Shown here one piece after another: positions 37,749 to 50,221 of a DNA stretch of 64,000 nucleotides; within the stretch, counting starts at the first letter, position 1; each line of letters begins with the position of its first letter. Made by a program: the position numbers and the translations under genes. The notes beneath the pieces were generated by a model that had not been told where the DNA came from, did no database searches, and saw only the letters and a program-made list of their open reading frames with translations. The DNA is from Botryllus schlosseri (lineage: Eukaryota), in the NCBI GenBank assembly GCA_051294905.1, contig CM119372.1:29018001-29082000 (forward strand). The letters are read 5' to 3'.

Positions 37749-40700
37749 GTATTTGGTATTTGGAGTATTTGGTTGTATTAAGAATTAATTAATAATTAAT
37801 TAATTACTTTAACTTAACCTAACTTCTGAACTGACGCATCACTGCTGTGAATGCCTGCGAAACGATCTGGATATATCGCACCTGGACGTACCCGCCGTGG
37901 GACCAAGCGGATGACCCCAGAGGACTCGTCAACTCCGACCACACAGGAACACCAAAGAGAAGATATTTCTCAACATGGCGCCTGTGCAACACCGAACTGT
38001 GGCTCACAAAACAGCTCTGCTGCAAAAGAAAAAAAGAAGAGACACAGATGGAGTAAAGAAGAGTATAAAGAAATAATGAGATGTTACTTCTTAGCTAAAT
38101 TTGAAAACTCGGCAGGAGTAACCGAAGGAACTTTTCAAAAATGGAGAGAGAGAACGAGCAACTCTCCATCCATGACTGCCAATACCCTGGCAACAATGAG
38201 ACGTTGTGTAATAAAAAATAAAAAATTATCTGAACAAGAACTCGCAGAAATCGAGGGAGAAATGTGTAACAAAAACATAGAAAACTCTGAGGCAATGGAA
38301 CTGCAATTCGGCCAAGATGACCTGAACCCACAACAATCACTTGATGACCCGAACATCGCAGAAGTAGAATTACAAAATACCACCGGGCACCCGAATGAAT
38401 CAACAACACCTAACGATGGCGACATAGACACGGAATTAGAATTGGAGATCAAAAATCAAATCATCGACCGCATGAAATCCACATTGAATGTAAATGACAG
38501 AGTGCAGTTACCTGACTTACAAATTACAAAGAAACTGAAAACTGATATTGCAGTAGCGAACAAAATTTTGACAGAAACCATACTACCTGCAACTCTAAAT
38601 GACAAAAAAGGAGAAAGACCACAATGTCCCTTGACAACAATCAACAACCTCATTTACAGCACTGCGGCAGTTATCTCAGAAAGGCACTGCAAAATACCAA
38701 GAACTGTCAACAAAAAAAGGGGAAGGTATACGCCAGCTTGGCAACGCAGAACTGAAAACAAAATCGCAAAACTAAGGTGTGACGTTGCGATACTCTCAGA
38801 ACTAAAAAAAGGAAATGTTTCCCGCAAAGTAAAAAATAAAGTAAAAAGAATAGAACTGGAGCACCAAACCAAACTGCAGTCAACAGAAAAAGTGACAATG
38901 TTGCAAGAAGAATTAAAAATGAGAATATGCGCCAAAGCACAACGATTGAAACGATATAAAAAACGAGAAACACAATATCGCCAAAATTTGTTATTTGTTC
39001 GCAAACCTGGACAATTTTTTCGAATGATGAAACAAAAGTCAAATCAAAAAATTACCAGCAGCAAAATACCAGCCATTGCAGATGTGGAATCATTTTGGAA
39101 GAAAATATGGGAAACCAAAAAATTGCACAACTCAAATGCAAATTGGATACAAGACCTCCACACTGACCATCTACAAACACCAGAACAACAATGGTCAGAA
39201 ATCACAAAACAAGAAATCAAGGAGGCCCTAAAGAGTTCACTGAACTGGAAAGCAGCTGGTCCTGACCAGATCAAAAACTTTTGTCTAAAAAAAAACTAAC
39301 TGCAACACATAATTACCTAGCGGTGACCTACAATGAGCTTTTATCCTCAACCAGCTCGCACGAGATCCCAGCCTGGTTCACACAAGGGATCACCTATCTT
39401 ATTCCAAAAAATGAAAACACCATGGACCCCAAGAACTACAGGCCAATAACATGCCTGACAACCATGTACAAAACACTGACCAAAATCCTGGCAAAACGAA
39501 GCTACAAACACCTAGAAAATCTTCTACCGCCTGAGCAGAAAGGATGCAAGGAAGGCGCCCTTGGCTGTAAGGACCACCTGCTCCTTGACAAAACCATTCT
39601 TGAAAACTGCAAGAGGAGACACACTAACCTCAGCATGGCATGGATAGATTACAAAAAAGCTTTCGATTCAGTCCCTCACACGTGGATACTGAAAACAATG
39701 CGTATGTACAAAATGAATCCGATCATCATCAGATTTATTGAAAATTCAATGAAAAATTGGCATACAAAACTGTTGATCAAACATGACCAAGGTGAAACAG
39801 AAACCTGTTCAATTCAGATATGCAATGGTATTTTCCAAGGCGACTCATTCTCACCACTTCTATTCTGCCTCAGCTTAGCTCCACTCAGTGAGTTGCTGAG
39901 AAAAAATGAAACAGGATACGTGATGAAAAAAGCAGCAAATTCTGAAGGTCAAAAGATTCATCACCTTTTGTTCATGGATGATCTGAAACTGTATGCGAAA
40001 TCCGACACGGACCTGAATAACCAAATGAAAATTGTTCATGAGTTTTCGGAAGATATAAAAATGAAATTTGGCTTGGATAAATGCTCAAAACTTACCATAC
40101 GACGCGGAAGAGCCACCAGCACTGGCGACATGAACTTCAAAATGGACGAAACCATAACAGAATTGAATGCCGAAGATCACTATAAATATCTAGGGATCTG
40201 TGAAAGCGACAACATTAAACATGCTGCAATGAAATCAAGTCTAAAAAAAGAATACATCAGCAGGCTCAAGTCAATTCTCAAAACTGAACTCAATTCCAAA
40301 AACAAAATCAATGCCATAAACAGTCTTGCAGTGCCTGTCTTGAGATATAGCTTTGGTGTGGTGAACTGGCGTAAAGATGAAATTAAAAAATTGGACACAA
40401 AGACGAGAAAACTGATGACAATGCACCACATGCATCACCCAAAATCTGATACACAAAGACTGTACATCCCCAGAAAAAAGGGTGGTCGAGGACTACAAGA
40501 AATTGAACAAACCTTCAAAACAGAAATCATCGGCTTGTCACAGTACATCAACAACAGCGATAACATTTACTGCAAACTCATTGCACAGGAAGACAAACAG
40601 CGCAAAACAAAATCTCTGAGCTATCGTCACGACAAGTACGCCAGAGAAGTCAACTTGGAAACAGCTAACCTGTACACTGCAGAAAACACTGTTGCTAAAC

Positions 40701-41809
40701 CCACAACAATAGCAAAAGCAGCACGAGTCCGATGCAAAAATGCAACGCTGAAAATGAGAGAAACGATATGGGAGTCGATGCCTCTTCATGGACAGCACAA
40801 GAAGTTAACTTCACAGCCCCATGTAGACGAGCTTTCATGGACCTGGCTATCCAGCTCTGGCCTGAAACCGGCAAGCGAAGGATTCATTTTCGCAGCACAA
40901 GACCAATCGCTTCCTACAAAATACTATCGCAAAAGAATTCTGAAGCAAAACACGGACGGCAAATGCAGAATGTGCCACAACCAAAATGAAACTGTAGCAC
41001 ATCTCATGTCCGGCTGTGGTGCACTTGCAGCTACCGAATACACATGGAGACACAATAGGATTGGTCACTACATTCATCTTGAATTATGCAAACATTTTAA
41101 CATCACCACTTCGACAAAAAATTGGTACGATTACAGCCCAGCACCAGTGACAGAAAACGAACAAGTAAAAATTCTGTGGGATGTACCAGTTATAACTGAC
41201 CGCGAAATCAGGAGCAACCGCCCGGATATAATCGTCAAACTAAAAAAGAAAAGAGAATGCTTATTCATTGAACTGGCTGTCCCAGCTGATCACAACCTAC
41301 TGCAAAAAGAATCAGAAAAATACTCCAAATACGCAGATCTCAAAATGGAATGTGAGAAAATGTGGCGATGCAAAATAAACATTGTACCGATAGTCATTGG
41401 TGCTACAGGGGTCGTGAGCAAAAAACTCATGAGACATATCCAACAAATTCTAGGTAACGTTCGATTCGACATGATCCAAAAGATCACATTATTGGGCACT
41501 GTGCACATTCTTCGGAAGGCCTTGAATGCACCACTGGACTAAAATTACGCTTGTGAATCACAGCATAATTTCTGTAATTTCGATTCTTCATCTTCAATCA
41601 TCTCTACCTCTGCTCTGCAACCCTTGCCAATTCTTCATCTGCTGCAATTCTGTAATCTGACTTCTCCGTGTATTGCATTGTATTGTATAACAATTTGAAT
41701 GTATTACTGAAATTTTAAAAATTTACTCCAATCTCGCCATTTTCCTTTGGGGGCAGGTTGCTCCCCGGATTATGTGTGTATCTACCAGTTTTACTGTGAA
41801 TAAAGAATA
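37749..41809 (+). mobile_element. Near-full-length R4/Dong-clade non-LTR retrotransposon (RLE type)
   Basis: Flanked on both sides by TAA repeats; single long ORF with RT and a C-terminal restriction-like endonuclease. Confidence 0.92.
37851..41542 (+). CDS. R4/Dong polyprotein (~1230 aa; one frameshift in the A9 run at 39287-39295)
   Basis: WKAAGPD, YRPITCL, WIDYKKAFDS, GIFQGDSFSP, LFMDD, YKYLG; CRMC...HLMSGC, RHN, RPD, IELAVP, EKYSKY (RLE). Confidence 0.92.
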
Positions 41810-42388
41810 TAATAATAATAAAACAGGTGGTTATAATGTGGCTTATGAACAATGAACATGTTCGACATTAGTGTCTTTGGAAATTATTTACGTCAAAGTA
41901 TTTACTACTAAAGACCTCAACTTTTGAGAGAAATGTGCTGGATATTGCAATAATTTTTCTCATTACTCAGAATTGCCTCGCGGGTCGGATTAAATCGTCT
42001 GGCGGACCGGATGTTTGACACCCCTGATCCAGAGCTAATTAATGCCTGTGATGTCATTTTTATGAGCAATGATGTTCATGAGTCCGACAATTCTTCTGTC
42101 AGTATGATATGTATCCCATTATTCCTTGTTTAATGTAGGGCTATGTCTTGTTCAACTCAGGTTTTACCATAGTCAATAGTTCATGTAAACCTGAAATAGT
42201 TGAGTTACCGTCCCTTTTCGCAGCAATCGACTATATTTGCAAAACAATCGATTACGATTAATTTGTATTAATTTTCAAATGCAATCGATTACGATGATAA
42301 ATACATATAAATGTTGTTACGCCATAGTCTATAGTCGATATGTTTCAATGTTATCGCTTAATCTGGTACTTACAGTCACGATTTAGAG

Positions 42389-45300
42389 CAGGGGCGGGCA
42401 ACATACGGCCCGCGGACAGTTTGCCGTCTTACATGATAATTTGGCCCGCGGCCGCGGTTTGCCGAGATTCCGCACTACTTGCTTTACGATACTTTGGAAC
42501 AGGAATATCTAGACTAGTCTAGATATCCCTGCTTTGGAAATTCAAAAAGAGGATTTTAAAACTTGCAAAACCGGAGGAATATCCTGAAAAAATGGTAAAT
42601 TTTTCACACGTCGTGGTCAGTTGACTAAAAAAAAGGTCAAGTTTCTCACTCAGCGCCCAAAATACAGTTTTTCTTTCACATTATCAGGTGGTTGACTATA
42701 TAAAAAGGGTCAACTTTCTCGTTCAGCGCCCAAAATACAGTTTTTCTTTCAAGTTATCAGGCGGTTGACTAAAAAAAGGTCAACTTTCCGGCCCAGCTGC
42801 CGAAATAGTCGCCGGGGCGTTACTACAGTGCTGACTTATTGTGTATCAGTCGAATTTGGCCCTATATCTAACCAAAATTCCCAAAAAAGAGGACAAAATC
42901 TCAAAAAAGAATACATTTGGAGGTCCTCTGAGGACACTTTCAGAAAAGTTAAAAAAGAGAACAAATCCTCTTAAAAGAGGGCGTATGGTAACCCTACCTA
43001 AACGTCAGATTTTAGTGACTGTATGTTATTACATACGTGTGTGCGTGCACACTGCGCAGCGTGAGAGAGTAGAGCGAGAAGGCTTGCATTATCGGCATTT
43101 ACCATGCACTCAACCCAGATGAATTGATATATTCGTAAATTTGGGGTACCGGGTTTATCGAACGCCTGGAAATCTAAATTATGGATTGCACCGTGTATTA
43201 ATTCAGTGCTCTTCAACCTTTTTCGACGTGGTACACCCTTTAAACTCGTACACCCCTGTTCATATAAAACACCGAAGTCGGTAATGGGCCTAGTTATTAT
43301 AGCAAGCTATAGGAACTGCTAAATACTAATTAGTGCTCGAGATTGCCGTACTATCTAATATATCGATAAAACGTAACGACACATGTCTGTTCTGTCACTG
43401 TTGTACGTGTTTTTTTACCTAAATTGTCTAGGCTGCGCTATCAATTCGCGAGTTCGAGATCTACGGTAATACGAAACGTATTCACTATTCGCCAATGCCC
43501 TGACCGGGGCATTAGCGGTTCTCAATCACTCCATTTCGCGAACAAATAAGTACACCACCTCCGCGATGGCGGATCATTTTCACGAATCAAAATTTCTGTT
43601 TGGCAATTCTCGCTACTTCAGATGATTCAGATATTTCCCATCTTTTGATATCTCGACCCTTGACACACCTATTCTGATCTCTATGTTTAAGTAATAGCTC
43701 AAATCAAGTATGGTATTCAGAGTCTATTCGGAGCCAGTTAGGCCGCCCGCCACGCAAATTGGAATTTATTTCGTGTCAGCCCCACAACAGCATGACATTA
43801 CGAACATTAATCAACCTAAATGTAACAGTATTGGGGAAAGAGTAGGTAAAGCAACCTGCTGCAGAAGCGGTAATTCAGACCAGCGATGATAGCAGGCGTA
43901 CCAGCCTACTGCGTGTCAGGCCTGCCCCACACACAGTCGATAGTAGCACACGGGATGCAAGAGATGTCAGTAACCTCAGATCGTATGCCGTTTTACACAG
44001 TCGATTGTCGCTAATTTGCATCACTAATAACAAAATACTAACTTGCAAATGTATGGCGAAATATTGGACGTAAAATCGGCATTTCAAAACAATAGGGTTT
44101 CGATTTTAACATGGCTGTTTCGCCCCTGGCTGGCTACGTCACTTCATTGATGTGCATTGCGGTATTTATTACCGTCGGGTAGGAAGTACCGATTCAAGAA
44201 GTCTGAGCTATCGCGGCGGTTTCCCAAGAATCACTAAAAGACAAATCGCTAGCTGAACACATGTTTGTTAACTGCATCCTTTCCAACACCAACGAAACCA
44301 TTGGTCCACTGCCGACGGCTAAATGAATAGGAGAAATATTTGCTTATGACATCACAATCTAGCGGTGTACTGTATTACACTCGAGATAAACATTGTACCA
44401 TATTGCTCATTAAACTGTGCGTCAACCTGTACTGACGCATAAACCTGCATTTGTGATAGCTAGCCATCGGCTCATTGTAATTCGGATCTGGTACACCCCT
44501 ATACACCCCATCCGAGTGGTACACCCTTTGCAAATTCTGGTACACCCTAGGGCAGGGGCGGGCAACATACGGCCCACGGGCCGGATCCGGCCTGCGAAGG
44601 GATTTTGTCCGGCCCGCCGAGAGTTTTTACTCTGAAATTTCGTTGTGAATGCATTGAAAAATTTTATGCGTCACAGAATGAATCCAAGATTGCGAACCTG
44701 AGTAAGATGGACATTAAACTACTTGCTCGGTTCGGGTCTACTTACATTTTCTACCATGAACCAGTGTTGGGATGACTCGAGTCATCTTTTTCGTATGACT
44801 TGACTTGACTCGAGTCACCTTCGAAAAATGACCTGACTTGACTCGACACTTCAGAAATGTAGATTGACTCATGACTCGAAGCAAAATTTACTAGTCAATT
44901 TAAAGTCATCAAGTAATTGATGACGACTAAATCGCTGTATCTTGTATAAGTTCGCCAAACCTCAATTGTTATACCACAAATAAATTGATCGCAAACGCAA
45001 TGATTGGAGCTTATACAACAGATGACGTTGTCGTAAACTCGCTCACCTCAACTAGCCCTCTTGTATATAATTTAAATCAAACGAATATCGGTCATAGATT
45101 TATGATTGTATATCCTTGATAAGTAGGTGGGTAGGGTATTGAACTATATCATTTTTAAACTTTCTGAGGTTTCGTCTGCTATCCTGTATTTTGGCTGATA
45201 TTTAAAGACTGAGGCTACACCGCTATACTTGCGTAGTTGAGCAGTTCTGCGTATGCGTGAGCGATACAGCGCCTTTTGCGAGTAAAATCAACTCTTCATT

Positions 45301-46405
45301 CCATTACTCCTCGCAATTTAGTCCGCGTAAGCGGTGTCTTACACAAAGCCTAGAAGTGGGCCGTGCTATAAGTCGGCAGTTGAGGAATAAATATGAAGAA
45401 TATTGGCCTGGTGTAAATGACCGTAGTAGTCGACAAACATCATGAATATCTCAAAACAAACAAAATGTATATTCGTTCATCGATTCCGAATAAATGGGTA
45501 CTTCATCTGTATTTAAAACAGCTAGCAAAATGTGATGACTTTGAATCATGTCTAGTACTTTGAAATTTCAACTTGGCTTGACTCGTGACTTGACTTGACT
45601 TGACTTGACTTGACTAGAGTGACCTACAAAACTCGAGTGACTTGACTTGACCCGAGTCACCTTTGAAAATCAGGTGACTTGACTTGACTTGACTCGAGTC
45701 GAAATGTGCAATGACTCGAGATGACTTGTGACTCGAAGGTAGTGACTTGATCCCAACACTGCCACGAACATTAACGAGGAAGGCCGTGTTCCAGTATAAC
45801 TGATATTCGCGTGCAGTTTTTAGTAAGGGTTCCGCATACAACATGCAACCAGAGTTCAAAAAACTAGTTGACAATATTGAACGACCACAGATCTCTGATT
45901 GACTTCAATAGCTGCTGTAAATAAATTCAATAAACACTGTTTTTAGACTCCATGCTTTAAACTTGAAGCTTACATTAAATACAATGGATTCCTTGTATAT
46001 GTGGATAAATACGCGATTGAGGTATAATGTATATATTCTGTAATCCGGCCCGCCAAGTGCTTCATTTTCCCTTATCCGGCCCGCCGACCGGAGAAGTTGC
46101 CCGCCCCTGCCCTAGGGTGTACGAAAACCCCAGTTGAAGAGCACTGTATTAATTGATCAGAGAGAAGCAGACATAGCGGCGGCTGTATGACAATGCTGCT
46201 CTCAAATCCAGATTGTCTTCGTCATTATCGGCGAGAAATGGCTTTGAAATGACATTGCCGTCGTTAAAATACATTCATTAAATACGATTTATTCCTTCTA
46301 TATGTGGATAAATGGACGAATAATGTATCGATTCAGCAATCCGGCCCGCCAAGTACTCAACTTTCCTATATCCGGCCCTCCGACTGGAGAAGATGTCCGC
46401 CTCTG
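42389..46405. mobile_element. Five-level nest of non-autonomous hAT elements plus a SINE
   Basis: 42389-46405 (TSD ATTTAGAG/GTTTAGAG) > 43204-46146 (TATTAATT) > 44553-46109 (CCCTAGGG) > 44762-45761 (CCATGAAC/CCACGAAC, GACTT repeats) > SINE A fragment ~45305-45465. Confidence 0.87.
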
Positions 46406-48699
46406 GTTTAGAGTAAGGTGGGGCACAATGGAAACAGGGGCACGATGGTACATCGCGAATATTTTTAAAGCCCGTCAGAAAGAATATACATCGCCTCGAT
46501 GATTTAGTACTGTCATTTCAGCCGTAACTCTGATGTGGTTTGATTTCGACAGTGTCGCTGCCGTTGTCAGAAAATGGCAAGTTCTTTAATTTTGCTAACC
46601 TGCGTAAATTTACACCGCTACCTTTCGATCGTGTTTTAGGAGGGTATATGTCGTTTGTTTTGTTTGAAATTGGTACACAGCTTAGTCATTGCACTTATTA
46701 GCCGCCCTGTATGCTATTTTAGGCGCAGGATTGCAATTTTAACATTTTTTGCACTGAAGAAGTGCTGTGGGGCATCTTGGGACAATTTGCTTGGGGCACA
46801 ATGGTCCATTGATATCATATCCAAAGGCAGATTCCACAAAATATACAGAAATCGCAAAAAGAGTGCGCAGAAACAAGACCGTCACCAACACTTCCTTAAA
46901 ATCCTCTATTGAAGTGTCACGCAATAAATCGAGCGCTATAAGGTTATTTTACCACCCCTTATAATGAATGTGGATCGACAAGCCGGCAGCGATCTTCATG
47001 CAAGTTTCATTACGATTCCAAACTTCGGGATGTAAATTAAAACTGGTCTTGGACATCTGCTGATCCATCATTTTCTTCAGCAGTTCTCAGTTTCTTGATA
47101 ACTGATGCGGTGTTAATATATTGATTATCGTCCCATTTTCCTCCACCGCTTGTCCCATTGTACCCCGCCTATGAGCCATAATGGGACAAAAAAGATACGT
47201 TTTTCAAGTGGCTCTGCTTTTGGTATTTCTTCGTATTTTCTAATCATTTTACTTTTGAAATATGCGATTCATGTTCATCTATTGTTTTGCTCAAGTGCAA
47301 ATTGCAGTTTGGTGTCTCTGGCTGTTAATAGGGTCCGAGAGATCTATTAGTTCTTACTCGTGTACTTGCGTACAGTAAAGAATTCCCAGCCATCCTATAC
47401 TGATTAGGAATCCCCAATCCTGAATAAATTGAGAAGAAGGGGTAATGGCACACATTTATCAAACTCTCCAGCACCAACATTGACTCGTTGTTATTAGATT
47501 ATCGTGGATCCGTTTCCGCGGCCAAAAACATATTAGTTTGCATTTGTCTCTATTAGGCGATTTTGACTGACTAAAAATAGTATAAATTTTTCGGGAACCC
47601 ATTCTCTCTAGGGCAATGATTGCACATCTCACAATAGAATTATGCGTATTCAAACTAGAATCAGCTTAAGCCCTATCAGGGGACGGAAAGAAATTGACAA
47701 AATCTGTATGAATTCTGACTAGACATACGTGTTTCACAACCATTCTGGAAAGACGATTGTTGAAGATGAAACTTATTTCGTATTCAAGAAAGCTCGCCAA
47801 ATTCAAACTCCAGCAGTCGCGCTCAACGGAATATAAACTGATTTCAACTTCATTTGAGCAAATTTTTGATGTTTTTTTTTAGATTTAGAGCAATTACCAC
47901 GTGAAAGTCATTCATTACTCATTAGCTTTGGCAGTAGCCTAAAGCTCGGTGCGCTGGGTAGCTGTTGTTAATAGCTGGCGAACTGCACTGCTTAAGAAAG
48001 ACTTAGATACAATATAGGTTGCCCGGTTTCGCCCTCGATTAGGCTACCCTAAATCAAACAATTTAATTCAATTCCAAAACTGATCAAATTTACCATGGCA
48101 GTACAGAACGACGCCGTGTTCTCTGTAGTCACTACCAGCATTAGCCTCAGTGCGAGCTACCTTGAAATAAATTGATGTCCTGTTCAATGGCTATTTTCAA
48201 ACAAGTTTAGGGAAATTTGTCAGAAATGTTGAAGACTCAACAAATGGAATGCGGATTCAAACTTGGCGTAAGATATACCATATGTATGCTATCAGATCAG
48301 GGATAGGCAACCTGCGGCCGTAGAATGGAATTTGTGCGGCCATCGACACAAATTCAATTAGTATGTGTTAGCGGCCTTCGATATGCAAATTGAAATTACG
48401 AATTCCCTCACGAATTTTGGAGTGATTTTAATTAATGTTGAATTGTTTTTCGCGCTCCGCACAATTCAATATTCACTGGCGTAGCAGCATGTGCTGCCGC
48501 CTCTGGCTCTCGCTTAAAATGCCTCCCCCCCAGTAGACCGCAGCATATTTCGACATAGATTCGTGTTCAAGCAATCTTGTCAATAAAAATAATTACAAAT
48601 AATATGCCTGGTCTCAGCCCCACCGTCTCAACGTTAATATAAAGCCAAAACAATAAAGACAAGAAATAGCAAACGAATGTATTGTGCAAATAGAAAATC

Positions 48700-49014
48700 A
48701 ATAGCCGCCTCAAAGCAAAATCAGCGATAATATGTTTCCTCAAATTCAAGTTTTTGAACGTAGTCTTTTTCTATAGACAGAATGGATATAACTGATAGCC
48801 GATCATCATTCATGGTAGAACGTAAATAAGACTTAATCAGTTTGAGCTTTGAGAAGCTCCTCACACAGCTCGCAATTGAAACACCGATGGTCAGATAAAG
48901 TTTCAGACACGAGCATAAATATGGTATCGAATCAAGTAGCTTTGCATTAACTAACCGCTGTAAAACATCAAACGCTGTTGCACTACGATCAAACGTGGTT
49001 TCACTGCTCCGCAC
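48700..49014 (-). pseudogene. Decayed Tip100-type hAT transposase dimerisation domain
   Basis: LKLYLTIGVSIASCVRSFSKLKLIKSYLRSTMNDDRLSVISILSIE. Confidence 0.85.
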
Positions 49015-49354
49015 CAGTCTCTTAACCCTTTTAAAATCTCAAGTTGAACAACTTCATATATGATCATATCTTAATTTGTGTTCGTCCTAGAGGCCTCATA
49101 TTCGTTTGTACGAAAAGCTAGCAATCTTCTGATTTATATTGTCCCTAAGTCGGAGGTATGGCATGACAATTTTCGCAGTTAACTCCAAAAAGTCCACCTC
49201 GTCGTCATAAGTGCTTCTAAAAGCGCTGGTGAAGAAATTGTGACTTTCGCTTTGCAGCAGCGCGTGGGAATTGGAGGGAGTGGACAACTTTACCGGTGAA
49301 CTGATCACATGGGTTGAGAAAGGGTAAATATTTGATAGTAATATGTGATACTGC

Positions 49355-50221
49355 CAATGTTTGGATCAAGTCACTACCCTCGAGTCACGAGTCACTTCGA
49401 CTCATTGCACATTTTGACTCGAGTCAAGTCAAGTCACTCGATTTTTGGAAGTGACTCGAGTCAAGTCGAGTCAAGTCAAGTAGCCTTTTCGAAGTATGAG
49501 GCATGATTGCGCCATTGTATTTTGCTAGCTGTCTGAAATACAGATTAGGTGTTCATTGATTCTGAACGAATATAGACTTTAAAACACGCAAGAAGGCGCT
49601 GTATCGCTCGCAAATACGAAGAGCTGCTAAACTACTTGAGTAATTGCATAGCCTCAGTTTATAGTAACCAGCTAAAATAGAGAATAGAGAAAAGAATTTA
49701 TAAGATGCAATACTTTACCCAGTTACAAATTGATATGATACAATCGGAGCCTGCGCCAATGGTTGAGGACTGTATAAACTATATTCGAACTCAATTTCAA
49801 TAAAACAAAGAGATCTGGTTAAGGTATGAGCAGAGAAAATAAATAGACATTTTGCTAATAAATTACTTTACTATACTAGTTTACGACAACGTAAGCTGTA
49901 AGCTTCGATCACTCCGTTTGCGGTCTATTTACTTGTGAGAGAACTATGGAGGCTCAGTATAACGCACGATCATTGATGATTGGTCGCTCTCACGGGTAAC
50001 TCCAGCGTTTCACCAACAATCCGGCCACATGCAAAATACAGTAGTTTTTATCGACACCGATTACTTGATGACTTGAAATTGACTCGTGAATTTTGCTCAC
50101 GAGTCACGAGTCAATCCACATTTCTGATACTTCGAGTCAAGTCAAGTCAAGTCATTTTAGCAAAGTGACTCTAGTCAAGTCAAGTCATACGAAAAGGGTT
50201 ACTCGAGTTATCCCAACACTG
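49355..50221. mobile_element. hAT-type MITE with (AGTCA)n subterminal repeats
   Basis: Reverse-orientation relative of 44762-45761; TSD GATACTGC/CATACTGC. Confidence 0.82.

Noticed and set aside
35808..41508. Numerous minus-strand ORFs of 60-174 aa
   Set aside because: Antisense shadows of the two LINE ORFs with no independent motifs.
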